Of a DNA stretch of 64,000 nt, positions 37,954 through 46,829 are shown piece by piece (positions within the stretch are counted from its first letter, which is position 1; the number at the start of each line of letters is the position of its first letter). A model generated the notes under the pieces. The model ran no database searches and had not been told where the DNA came from. It saw only the letters and a program-made list of their open reading frames with translations. Origin of the DNA: an uncultured Ruminococcus sp. (GTDB taxonomy: Bacteria > Bacillota > Clostridia > Oscillospirales > CAG-272); NCBI GenBank assembly GCA_902782445.1, contig CACZNC010000001.1, positions 9,939 to 73,938 of the forward strand, written 5' to 3'. The position numbers and the translations under genes were made by a program.

Positions 37954-39444
37954 ATGAAAAAAGCAGTCCGTGTCCTTTCGATTTTAGGCATTTCCGTCGC
38001 CGCTCTTGCCGCGGCCGGCGCGCTTTCGTTCTGGCTCCTGATCATCGCGGGCCTGTCCCCGAAACTCCAGACGATCTGGATCTGTTCCGCCATGCGGACG
38101 ATGTCCCACCAGTATCTGGCGACCGCCTTCTTTTCTCAGGAGAAGATCGACAAGGTCCTCGCCGACAACTCGGTGGACGACCGGGGGTACGACTCCGAAC
38201 TGCTCACGCTGGAAAAGCCCTCCTCCTCGTCCATCCCCGAAAAAACGGGCGGAACGGGGGATGCGGACGCCATGAAAGACGCGGCGGAGGAAGCCATGAG
38301 ACGGGCTCTCGAAAACATGTCCTCCGACAGCGGACAAGAGGAAGCGGTACCGCCGGACGACGGGGATCTTCTCCCCGATGCCGCCGAACCGGAGCCCGCC
38401 GAACCGGAGCCGGAGGAAACAGAAGCTCCCGAACCGCCCGAAACGGAACCCGCGGAAGAAGTGTCTCCCGAACCCGAGCCGGAGAAGACGGGTCCCTGGG
38501 AGAGCAGACCGCTCCCAGAAGCCGCGATCCTGGTCCTCGGCGCCCTGGCCTCCGCGGAAAGGGAAGAGGGGCCTCCCGCAGAGGAACTCCCCCCGGAAGA
38601 TCCGACGAAGGGCCTGCCCGACGCCGTCGACAAGATCTCAGCGTCTCCCGCGAAGGACGTGGCCGGTGCAAAAGCGGCGGAGGCGGCAAGAGCGGCGAAG
38701 AACGCGGATTCCCTGCTGGCGGAGGGCTACGAAAAGCTCGAGGAGGGGATCTATCTGAAATCCGTCTCCGGGCTCACCTGGCGGGGATATATGATGCTCG
38801 TGACCGACCCGACCCGGGTGCGGGTGACGGATACCTCCCAGCAGTGGGTCTGCGGTGAGAACGTCATGACCATGGTGAAGAATGTCGGAGCGATCGCCGG
38901 GATCAACGGGGGCGGCTTCAAGGACGGACTGAACTACGATTCCAACGGCGGCACCCCGGGCGGGCTCATCATCGAACAGGGACAGCTGGTCTGCCCCACC
39001 GTCCCCGACGATGTGACCGTCTACAACATGATCGGCATCAATGCGGACGGGGTTCTGGTCCTGCGCCACTGCACCGCGGAATGGGCGCTCTCGAACCGGA
39101 TCGTCAGCGCGGTCAGCTTCGCCCCCTTCCTCGTCGTCAACGGGGAAGGACTGGTGAAAAACGGATCCGGCGGATGGGGGATCGCCCCCCGGACCGCCAT
39201 CGGACAGCGGGCGAGCGGCGAAATGCTCCTGCTCGTGATCGACGGGCGGCAGGCGGACTGGAGCATCGGGTGCGACCTCGACGTGCTTCAGGACGTGATG
39301 CTGGCCGAGGGAGCCGTCAACGCCGCCATGCTCGACGGGGGAAGCTCCACCGCGATGGTCTACCAGGGCGAATACGTCAACCGCCCGAGCCTGGGCCACG
39401 AACGCTGGATCAACAACTGCTTCACCGTCATGCCGATCCAGTGA
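37954..39444 (+). CDS. Phosphodiester glycosidase (NAGPA/DUF2233) family protein with N-terminal anchor and Pro/Glu-rich linker
   Basis: Start at MKKAVRVLSILG with GGAGGAGG RBS. C-terminal INGGGF...AAMLDGGSS motifs. Confidence 0.75.
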   Translation: MKKAVRVLSILGISVAALAAAGALSFWLLIIAGLSPKLQTIWICSAMRTMSHQYLATAFFSQEKIDKVLADNSVDDRGYDSELLTLEKPSSSSIPEKTGGTGDADAMKDAAEEAMRRALENMSSDSGQEEAVPPDDGDLLPDAAEPEPAEPEPEETEAPEPPETEPAEEVSPEPEPEKTGPWESRPLPEAAILVLGALASAEREEGPPAEELPPEDPTKGLPDAVDKISASPAKDVAGAKAAEAARAAKNADSLLAEGYEKLEEGIYLKSVSGLTWRGYMMLVTDPTRVRVTDTSQQWVCGENVMTMVKNVGAIAGINGGGFKDGLNYDSNGGTPGGLIIEQGQLVCPTVPDDVTVYNMIGINADGVLVLRHCTAEWALSNRIVSAVSFAPFLVVNGEGLVKNGSGGWGIAPRTAIGQRASGEMLLLVIDGRQADWSIGCDLDVLQDVMLAEGAVNAAMLDGGSSTAMVYQGEYVNRPSLGHERWINNCFTVMPIQ

Positions 39445-39450
39445 GCAGGA

Positions 39451-39891
39451 TCACGAGACCGCCCCGATCAGACAGAGGATCAGCCCGTAGATCACCCCCG
39501 CCGCGGTCCCGTACAGGATCACAGGCCCCGCCACCGTAAAGATCTTCGCGCCGACTCCCGTGACGAATCCCTCGCTCTTGCTGTCGAGAGCCGCCGAGGA
39601 CACCGCGTTCGCAAATCCGGTGATGGGTACGAGGGTCCCGCCCCCCGCGTGCTTCGCGATCTTATCGAAAACGCCGAGTCCCGTCAAAAAGGCTGTGAGA
39701 ACAATGAGAACCAGCGAGACGCAAAGCCCCGCCGTGTCCGCGTCCGCCCCGAAGGAGAGAAAGACCCTCCGCATTCCCTCGCCGAGAGCGCAGATCCCTC
39801 CTCCGATCCCCCACGCCTTGATACAGTCTTTGAGAAGCGGAGATTTTTTCGCCCGCGCGTCCGCATACCGCGCATACAGTTTTCCGGTCAT
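39451..39891 (-). CDS. spoVAC: Stage V sporulation protein AC
   Basis: Start at MTGKLYARYADARAKKSPLLKDCIKAW. Four TM segments as in SpoVAC. 146 aa. Confidence 0.85.
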   Translation of the reverse strand: MTGKLYARYADARAKKSPLLKDCIKAWGIGGGICALGEGMRRVFLSFGADADTAGLCVSLVLIVLTAFLTGLGVFDKIAKHAGGGTLVPITGFANAVSSAALDSKSEGFVTGVGAKIFTVAGPVILYGTAAGVIYGLILCLIGAVS

Positions 39892-40018
39892 TGGATCCTC
39901 CCCGTCCGGTTTCGTTTCCTCCCCAGTATGCCCGGGACGGCGGAGATCCATTCGGAGCGAATTTCCACCGGGGTGCGGAAATATTTACATTTTAACGCGT
40001 TTTTCATGGAGTTTTAAT

Positions 40019-40047
40019 TTGACATCCAAACGATTTGCGTGTATAAT
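40019..40047 (+). promoter_or_regulatory. Sigma-A type promoter
   Basis: TTGACA-17 nt-TATAAT, 40 nt upstream of ATG 40087. Confidence 0.6.
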
Positions 40048-40086
40048 AAGAGGGTAAGAACAAAACATACCAGAAAGGAATCCGAC

Positions 40087-40692
40087 ATGGCAAATATCAA
40101 TTTTGACGAAATCAAGCGCAGCGCGACCGGCGTGGCAGACCGCGCGATGAAGAAGACCAACGAGGTCACGAATCTTGTCAAGCTCAAGCTCGCCGTCAAG
40201 TCCTCCGAAGGCAAGCTCAGCTCCGTCTACGAAGAGATCGGCCGTCTGTTCTACACCGCGGAGCGCAGCGGCGAAGACTGCACCAGCGATATCGCCGCCT
40301 TCATCATGAAGGCCGACAAGCTCAAGGCTGACATCGCGTCCTACACCAAGCAGATCGCCAAGCTCCGCAACATCCGCATCTGCGAGAGCTGCGGGAACGA
40401 GATCGACCAGAACGTCAATTTCTGCCCCGTCTGCGGCGCGAAGCAGGAGACCCTCGTGGAAGTCGCCCCCGAGGTTGAAGTCACCGCCGAAGAGTGCGCG
40501 GAAGACGCCGCCGAGTGCGTGACCGACGCTTTTGAGGAAGCGAAGGACAAGGCCGAGGAATTCTTTGCCAACATCGCCGACACCGTCTCCGAAAAAGCGG
40601 AAGACGCCGCCGAGAAGGCTGAAGAGATCGCCGAGGACGCCGCCGACAAGGTCGAGGAAGTCGTTTCCGATCTGACCGACGACAAGGAATAA
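40087..40692 (+). CDS. Zinc-ribbon protein with coiled-coil N-terminus and acidic AEDAAE-repeat tail
   Basis: CESCGNEI..CPVCGAKQ zinc ribbon. Start MANINFDEIK. Confidence 0.7.
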   Translation: MANINFDEIKRSATGVADRAMKKTNEVTNLVKLKLAVKSSEGKLSSVYEEIGRLFYTAERSGEDCTSDIAAFIMKADKLKADIASYTKQIAKLRNIRICESCGNEIDQNVNFCPVCGAKQETLVEVAPEVEVTAEECAEDAAECVTDAFEEAKDKAEEFFANIADTVSEKAEDAAEKAEEIAEDAADKVEEVVSDLTDDKE

Positions 40693-40710
40693 GATTCTGA
40701 ATCCCGTCCG

Positions 40711-40741
40711 GGAGCCGTGTTTTCATCGCGGCTCCTTTTTT
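40711..40741 (+). terminator. Rho-independent terminator
   Basis: Stem GGAGCCG/CGGCTCC followed by T6. Confidence 0.65.
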
Positions 40742-40806
40742 CACGGGCGGAGAGGCGAAAATCCCCCGATTTCTCCCGGGGATTTTTGAAAAAGCCCTTG
40801 ACAGAT

Positions 40807-40835
40807 CGGGGGAAGTAGTGTATAATGACAAGGCT
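40807..40835 (+). promoter_or_regulatory. Sigma-A type promoter of the tRNA gene
   Basis: TTGACA-17 nt-TATAAT, 17 nt upstream of the tRNA 5' end. Confidence 0.6.
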
Positions 40836-40852
40836 GAATTCGTTCGGCACAA

Positions 40853-40924
40853 GCTAGTGTGGCTCAGTGGTAGAGCAGCTGATTCGTAATCAGCAGGTCG
40901 AGGGTTCAATCCCCTCCACTAGCT
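40853..40924 (+). tRNA. tRNA-Thr (anticodon CGU)
   Basis: Hand-folded cloverleaf: acceptor GCTAGTG/CACTAGC, D arm GCTC/GAGC, anticodon arm GCTGA-TTCGTAA-TCAGC, T arm GAGGG-TTCAATC-CCCTC. No encoded CCA. Confidence 0.9.
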
Positions 40925-41260
40925 TTTTTCTTTTTTTGCGGGCCTCCGCTTTTTCATTCTCCCGCCTTTCTCATGACGGGGTCATACTATTCTCAGTTGA
41001 AAAAAGCTGACTGGATGGGTTTCGATCGCAAGATGCAGAAGGCGAACGACCTTGTCGTGAGCTCGCGTACAATAACTCTGATATGGTTGGATAGCTTTAT
41101 TGGTGTGGCAAGGTTTCAACTGCACGTTATTGGTGTGACCTAGTCCTGACCGTTTCAGAAGTTCTTGCCGCTGAACTTGTTCAGCAGGGCTTCATTTCAA
41201 GAAGCCGCGTTTTCCCCACTAGAATGAAAGTACCACCAAGACGAAAAGAGGATCTTTATC

Positions 41261-42022
41261 TTGACTGAGCGAACGAAAATCGGTTTTCTGGACTCCGGCG
41301 CGGGCGGGATCACCGTGCTGGCGAGGGCGGTCAAAAAACTCCCTTCCGCCGATTTTCTCTACTACGCCGACACGGACCGGGTCCCCTACGGCACGAAGAC
41401 CCCCGAAGAGGTGGTCCGGTATACCTCCGAAGCCGTCCGGTTTCTGGAAGACGAGGGTGCGCAGGCCGTCGTCGTCGCCTGCAATACCGCGACCAGCATG
41501 GCGATCCGTCCTCTCCGCGCCGCGTTCCCGTTCCCCATCGTCGGGATGGAACCCGCTGTAAAACCGGCAGCCCTCGGCCACCCGGAGGGAAGGATCCTCG
41601 TCTGCGCGACCCCCCTCACGATCTCCGGGGAAAAGCTCCACACCCTGATCGACCGGTATTTCTGGGGTCCCGTCTCCCCCGTTCTCGTGCCGCTTCCGGA
41701 TCTCGTCACTCTGGCGGAATCCGAACGCTTCGACGAAGAATCCTTCCGGGGTGTGATCCGTTCGGCCGGACTGGAAGGGGAGCGCTTTGCCGCCGTTGTC
41801 CTCGGGTGCACCCATTTCGTCTATTACCGCGAACTGTTCCGGGATGCTTTCCCCGGGGCGGACGTGATCGACGGGAACGAGGGCACCGTCAACCGGCTGG
41901 CGGATCTGATCTGTGTCCGGGAAGTCCCCGGTTCCGGCTCCGTGCGCTTTTTCGAATCCGGCAGGATCCCCGCCGACGAGGACCGGTACCGCCGTTTCCT
42001 CGAGCGCGCGATGAAACTGTGA
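41261..42022 (+). CDS. murI: Glutamate racemase
   Basis: IGFLDSGAGGITV, VVACNTAT and LGCTHF motifs. TTG start. Confidence 0.92.
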   Translation: MTERTKIGFLDSGAGGITVLARAVKKLPSADFLYYADTDRVPYGTKTPEEVVRYTSEAVRFLEDEGAQAVVVACNTATSMAIRPLRAAFPFPIVGMEPAVKPAALGHPEGRILVCATPLTISGEKLHTLIDRYFWGPVSPVLVPLPDLVTLAESERFDEESFRGVIRSAGLEGERFAAVVLGCTHFVYYRELFRDAFPGADVIDGNEGTVNRLADLICVREVPGSGSVRFFESGRIPADEDRYRRFLERAMKL

Positions 42023-42030
42023 CAGAATAA

Positions 42031-42066
42031 ATCCTCCCGTTTTGCCTGCGGGAGGATCGTTTTTTT
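42031..42066 (+). terminator. Rho-independent terminator
   Basis: Perfect 9-bp stem ATCCTCCCG/CGGGAGGAT followed by T7. Confidence 0.7.
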
Positions 42067-42079
42067 AGGGAGAATGGAT

Positions 42080-42826
42080 TCACAGTTCCGCGAAGAGGAT
42101 CCCGGTCCTGTCCATCGGAAGGGAAGCGGTCGTTTTCCCTCCTTCGAAGCAGGCGCATCCGCCCCATGCGTCGGTCTCCTCTCCGCCGTTCTGTGTGCGG
42201 ATCCGGCATAGGGAATTCACCAGCAGCGCGCGGGGAGCAAATTCGGCAGCTTTTTCCGCGTACTCCCGGCGGATCCCGTTTTCCCATTCTTCCGGGGAAT
42301 AGCAGATATAGACCGGCCACAGAAGAAGATCCGCGCCCGTGTTTTGGAAGAGAGGAGCGGTGGAATCCCAGAGATCCCCGCAGAGGGCGGCGAGACAGCG
42401 GATCCCCCGGTAGTCGAAGATGAGAGGCCCGTCCCCCTCCCGATAATGGGAGTCGGTGCGCCGGAACTCCTTCCACCCCCGGGAGACGCGCCGGTAGTTC
42501 CGCGTCGGGATCCCGTCCTCGATCAGGGCGCAGGAGGAATAGAGCGCGTCCCCGTCCCGTTCGATATATCCGAACAGCAGATCGATCCCGATCCTGCGGG
42601 AGAGAGCGCAGAGACGGCGGAAGGCTTCCGAATCGGCGGAGATCCCCCGGTTCCGGTCGGCTTCATACTCCCATGAGAGGGCGTTGAATCCCTGAACGGC
42701 GCATTCCCCGAAGACGCAGAGGGAGGCGCCGCATGTTTTCGCTTCCCGGGCCGCTTTCTCCATCCGGGCGAGATTGCCGGATACGTCCCCGTCGATCAGG
42801 GAAACCGCCGCGAGAGCCGCCCTCAT
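42080..42826 (-). CDS. Carbon-nitrogen hydrolase (nitrilase superfamily) protein
   Basis: Start MRAALAAVSLIDGD at 42826 (ATGA overlap with the pepD stop). LCVFGECAVQGF and CGDLW motifs (Glu/Cys of the catalytic triad). Confidence 0.8.
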   Translation of the reverse strand: MRAALAAVSLIDGDVSGNLARMEKAAREAKTCGASLCVFGECAVQGFNALSWEYEADRNRGISADSEAFRRLCALSRRIGIDLLFGYIERDGDALYSSCALIEDGIPTRNYRRVSRGWKEFRRTDSHYREGDGPLIFDYRGIRCLAALCGDLWDSTAPLFQNTGADLLLWPVYICYSPEEWENGIRREYAEKAAEFAPRALLVNSLCRIRTQNGGEETDAWGGCACFEGGKTTASLPMDRTGILFAEL

Positions 42827-44262
42827 GCCATGCGCCGGAGCATCTCGCAGACCAGCCGGTACAGACGGGAGAGGGATCCGACGTTCAGGGTCTCGTCCGG
42901 GGAGTGGAGATTGCGGATATCCGGTCCGATGGAAATGATGTCCATGTCCGGGATCCTGCTTTTGAGAAGTCCGCATTCGAGCCCCGCGTGGATGCCGACG
43001 ATCTTTGCCTCCGTGCCGAAGCAGTCCTTCCATGTTTCCCGGTACAGCCTCTGGAGGGGAGAATCGCTCATGGGGTCCCATCCGGGATAGCGGCCGGCAT
43101 GGGAGACCTGGGCTCCTGCGGGATGGGCCGCGCATTCCACCCGGTTCTGCATGTCGTCGAGGCGCGATTCCACGGAGGAACGGGAGGACACGACGATTTT
43201 GATCCCGTCCTCCTCTTCGCGCACCACCGCCAGATTCGAGGAGGTCTCCACCAGTCCGGGGACGGCTTTGCTCATGCCGTGAACGCCGTTCGGGAGATTG
43301 CGCAAAAGGGTCAGCAGATCGAGGGATCTTTCGCAGCCGAACGCGGGTCCCGCCTCAGCCGATTCGATCTCTGCCCGGAAATTCCCGTCTTCCGGCACGC
43401 ATTCCGCGGCGATTTTACGGATCTCTTCGTCCGCCGCGGCACGGAAGGCCCCGGGATCCCGGACCGCGACGACCGCCGAGCATTCCCGGGGGATGGCGTT
43501 GTCCCGGTTCCCGCCCGCGAAGGAGACGATCCGCAGGGGGGAAGCCTTCGATCCCGCCCAGAGGATCCGCGCAGTCTCGGCGATGGCGTTCTTGCGTCCG
43601 AGGTGGATGTCCTCGCCGGAATGGCCGCCCGCCAGACCCGCGACCTCGATATGCAGAACGGATGATCCGCCGTCCGGAGGCGTCTTTTCCCCGGCAAAGA
43701 GGATGTGGGACCGGACCCCGCCCGCGCAGGAGACCGTCGCCTCGCCCTCCCCGGCGGAGTCGATGTTGATGAGACGCCGCGCCGTCAGCTTCGAGGGATC
43801 GAATTCCCGCATCCCCGTCATGCCGTTCTCCTCGTCCGTGGTGAAGAGGCATTCGAGGGCGGGATGGGGGACGTCGTCCGACGCGAGGATCGCCAGCGCC
43901 GTGGCTTCGGATACGCCGTCGTCCGCGCCCAGGGTGGTGCCGTTCGCCCGTAAGATCTCGCCGTCGAGGACGAGCTCGATGGGATCTTTCAGAAAATCGT
44001 GCTTCGTCCCCCGGTTCGCCTCGCACACCATGTCGAGGTGCCCCTGCAACAGGACCGGCGCTTTGTCCTCGTATCCGGGAGTTGCCTTCGCCCGGATGAG
44101 CACGTTGTTCGCGCCGTCGATTTCCGCCTCATGTCCGAGGGAGAGTGCGGTGTCCCGGACGAATTCCGCCGCCGCCCGTTCGTTGCCGGATCCGCGCGGG
44201 ATGGCGGAAAGCTGTTTGAAATAGGAAAATACCTTCTTCGGTTCGAGTTCTTCGTATGTCAT
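42823..44262 (-). CDS. pepD: Aminoacyl-histidine dipeptidase (Xaa-His dipeptidase)
   Basis: Start MTYEELEPKKVFSYFKQLSAIPRGSGNE. LQGHLDMV and TTDEENGMTG metal-binding motifs. Confidence 0.9.
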   Translation of the reverse strand: MTYEELEPKKVFSYFKQLSAIPRGSGNERAAAEFVRDTALSLGHEAEIDGANNVLIRAKATPGYEDKAPVLLQGHLDMVCEANRGTKHDFLKDPIELVLDGEILRANGTTLGADDGVSEATALAILASDDVPHPALECLFTTDEENGMTGMREFDPSKLTARRLINIDSAGEGEATVSCAGGVRSHILFAGEKTPPDGGSSVLHIEVAGLAGGHSGEDIHLGRKNAIAETARILWAGSKASPLRIVSFAGGNRDNAIPRECSAVVAVRDPGAFRAAADEEIRKIAAECVPEDGNFRAEIESAEAGPAFGCERSLDLLTLLRNLPNGVHGMSKAVPGLVETSSNLAVVREEEDGIKIVVSSRSSVESRLDDMQNRVECAAHPAGAQVSHAGRYPGWDPMSDSPLQRLYRETWKDCFGTEAKIVGIHAGLECGLLKSRIPDMDIISIGPDIRNLHSPDETLNVGSLSRLYRLVCEMLRRMA

Positions 44263-44442
44263 GATGATCCTCCGGGGGATTCTGATTTGCTCCATTATAC
44301 CACAGCGGAGGGCCAAAATCAACCGGGGCGGGGAAGACTCGCTTTTTTTCGGCGCAAATGCGAAAAACTTCCGCGGGCCGCTTCCCCTCCGGCGGGATTT
44401 ATGTTATAATAGAGAAAACATCATGAGAGATCGGAGTGCGGC

Positions 44443-45195
44443 ATGGGTAAATGGTACTCCCTCATCCGGCGGACGGAGAAGAAGCGGTTCGTATCGGCCG
44501 TCCTTCTCGCGGCGGGAAGCGGAAAGCGGTTCAGCGACAATACGGCCAAGCAGTTTTACGAGATCGCCGGGGAAAGCGTGCTGATCCGGAGCGCGAAGCT
44601 GTTCGAGGCCTCGGAGGAGATTTCGGAAATCGTCGTCGTCACCCGGGAGACCGACGTCCCCGGCGTGCGGAATCTTCTGAGGGGAGCCGGGATCACGAAA
44701 GCCGCCCGGGTCCTCGCGGGGGGAGACACAAGGCAGGAGAGCGCGAAGATCGGATTCGACGCCGTCAACCCCGACGCGGATTTCGTCGCCATCCACGACG
44801 CGGCCCGCTGCCTCTGCACCCCGGAGATGCTGGAAGCCGTCCTCGAATCCGCGTTCCTTTACGGAGCCGCCGCGGCCGCCTGCCGGAATCCCGACACCAT
44901 CAAGCGGACGAACGGAACGGATCTCGTCACCGAAACGCTGGAACGGGAAAACACCTGGCTCGTCCAGACCCCGCAGATCTTCGGAGCGGACATCTACCGG
45001 GCGGCGTCCTATACCTGCGCGAAGGAGCATTTTTCCGGCACCGACGACTGCTCCCTCTGCGAACACGTGGGCTTCAAAGTCCGGCTGGTGGACTGCGGGC
45101 CGCTCAACATCAAGATCACCTATCCGCGGGACGTTCTGCTGGCCGAAGCGATCCTTGCGGCGCGGAAAGCGGAGAAGACGGAGGGGAAGGCATGA
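44443..45195 (+). CDS. ispD: 2-C-methyl-D-erythritol 4-phosphate cytidylyltransferase
   Basis: AVLLAAGSGKRF P-loop-like motif. VAIHDAARC. Confidence 0.93.
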   Translation: MGKWYSLIRRTEKKRFVSAVLLAAGSGKRFSDNTAKQFYEIAGESVLIRSAKLFEASEEISEIVVVTRETDVPGVRNLLRGAGITKAARVLAGGDTRQESAKIGFDAVNPDADFVAIHDAARCLCTPEMLEAVLESAFLYGAAAAACRNPDTIKRTNGTDLVTETLERENTWLVQTPQIFGADIYRAASYTCAKEHFSGTDDCSLCEHVGFKVRLVDCGPLNIKITYPRDVLLAEAILAARKAEKTEGKA

Positions 45196-45674
45196 GGATC
45201 GGACACGGCTACGACGCCCACCGCTTCTGCGAGGGGGATTCCCTGGCTCTCGGCGGGATCCGGGTGCCCTTTGACAGAGCTTTTCTCGCCCATTCCGACG
45301 GCGACGTGCTGATCCACGCCCTGATCGACGCTCTGTTCGGCGCGGCGGGGGAGGCGGATATCGGAGCACACTATCCCCCCTCGGACGAACGCTACCGCGG
45401 GATCTCGAGCTGCCTTCTGCTCGCCGACGCCCGGGACTGCCTGAAAAAGCGCGGATTCCGCGTCGAGTACGCCGACATGACCGTCATCGCCCAGAAGCCG
45501 AAGCTCAAGGACTATCTCCCCGCCATGCGCGAAAAGCTGGCCTCCGTGCTGGAGATCCCGCCGGACCGGATCAACATCAAGGCCACGACGGAGGAGAACA
45601 TGGGCTTCACCGGCCGGGGAGAGGGCATCTCCGCCCACGCGGTCTGCCTGCTCGCGGAGGACGGGAGGGAATAA
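45192..45674 (+). CDS. ispF: 2-C-methyl-D-erythritol 2,4-cyclodiphosphate synthase
   Basis: MRIGHGYDAHRF...HSDGDV. ATGA overlap with ispD. 160 aa. Confidence 0.95.
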   Translation: MRIGHGYDAHRFCEGDSLALGGIRVPFDRAFLAHSDGDVLIHALIDALFGAAGEADIGAHYPPSDERYRGISSCLLLADARDCLKKRGFRVEYADMTVIAQKPKLKDYLPAMREKLASVLEIPPDRINIKATTEENMGFTGRGEGISAHAVCLLAEDGRE

Positions 45675-45985
45675 GTCCGAAAACAAAAGCCGGAGCCTTC
45701 CGGGTCTCCCCATTCCGCTCCGGCCGTCAGTCCGCCGGCGCAGCCCGGTTTTCCGACGTCCTCTGTTTTTACATCCTTCGTGCCGACCGACGGACGGGAT
45801 CTGATTCGGGACGGGAGAACCCCGTCGGATCCAGCTTATGCGCGGTTCCCGCGTTCGGTCCCGAAAGGGAAAACGGGATCCGCCCGCCTTTTTGACATCC
45901 TTTCGGGGATTCTTCCGATCCGCCCGTCCTTCGGCAAAGATATCGGAAGGATCAGACAGAAAAACTTTTTCGGAGGCATTGACTC

Positions 45986-46663
45986 ATGGAAATCAAAATG
46001 GCTCCGTCCCTTCTGGCGGCCGACTTCCTTCATCTGGAGGACGAGATCCGCCGGGCGGAGGCGTCGGGGGCGGACTGGCTCCACTGCGACGTCATGGACG
46101 GGGTGTATGTTCCGAACATCAGCTTCGGCTTTCCCGTGATCTCCCCCATCGGAGCCCTCACGAAACTCCCCCTTGACGTCCACATGATGACGGTCTGCCC
46201 GGAGAAATACGTCGACCGGCTGGCTGAGGCGGGAGCGGCTTCCGTCACGATCCACACGGACCACACGGACGGGGAGACGGTGCGGGACACCCTGAAAGCC
46301 ATCCGATCCGCCGGGATGCGTGCGGCCGCGGCTCTCCGCCCGAAACAGCCCGCCTCGGACCTCGACCCCTATCTCGAACTCATCGACATGGCTCTGATCA
46401 TGACGGTGGAGCCGGGTTTCGGCGGACAGAAGTTCATGAGAGACATGATGCCGAAGGTCCGCGCCGTCCGGGAGGCATTGAACCGGGTCAATCCCTCCTG
46501 CGGGATCCAGGTGGACGGGGGGATCGGAGCTTCTACCGTCTCGGAGGCGGCGGGAGCGGGGGCGAATATCTTTGTCGTGGGGACCGCCTCTTTCCGTGCG
46601 CCGGATATGGCCGAAGCGCTCCGTTCATTCCGCAGAACGGCGGAATCTTCGTATCGGGGATAA
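45986..46663 (+). CDS. rpe: Ribulose-phosphate 3-epimerase
   Basis: APSLLAADF, HCDVMDG.YVPNISFG, MTVEPGFGGQKF, VDGG motifs. Confidence 0.93.
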   Translation: MEIKMAPSLLAADFLHLEDEIRRAEASGADWLHCDVMDGVYVPNISFGFPVISPIGALTKLPLDVHMMTVCPEKYVDRLAEAGAASVTIHTDHTDGETVRDTLKAIRSAGMRAAAALRPKQPASDLDPYLELIDMALIMTVEPGFGGQKFMRDMMPKVRAVREALNRVNPSCGIQVDGGIGASTVSEAAGAGANIFVVGTASFRAPDMAEALRSFRRTAESSYRG

Positions 46664-46829
46664 GTATTTGTCAGATTGAACGAAAAATCCGCGTCGGAAT
46701 CCGCCGATTTTGTCGCTGATTGCGGACGCGAAATTTCGCCGATTTGATTCAAAAAAGCCCGGATCTGTGTTATAATATTCTTGAAGAAACCGGCACAGAA
46801 TGTCAATTTCTATCATAGAGGGGTGTCTT

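Noticed and set aside
38330-38640. Tandem-looking GAACCGGAGCC repeats
   Set aside because: They lie in-frame inside the phosphodiester glycosidase gene and encode a Pro/Glu-rich linker (EPEPAEPEPEETEAPEPPETEP). This is coding low complexity, not a repeat element or CRISPR.
40973-41143. 56-aa ORF (MTGSYYSQLKKADWMGFDRK...) after tRNA-Thr
   Set aside because: No RBS and no recognisable motif, and it lies in a tract that looks like a decayed insertion. It is kept only as part of the scar hypothesis.
46664-46829. PurR-box-like strings (TTGAACGAAAAAT; repeated CGCCGATTT) upstream of prs
   Set aside because: The resemblance to the remembered PurBox consensus is weak and the inverted-pair geometry is not evident. 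I cannot support it without a matrix scan.
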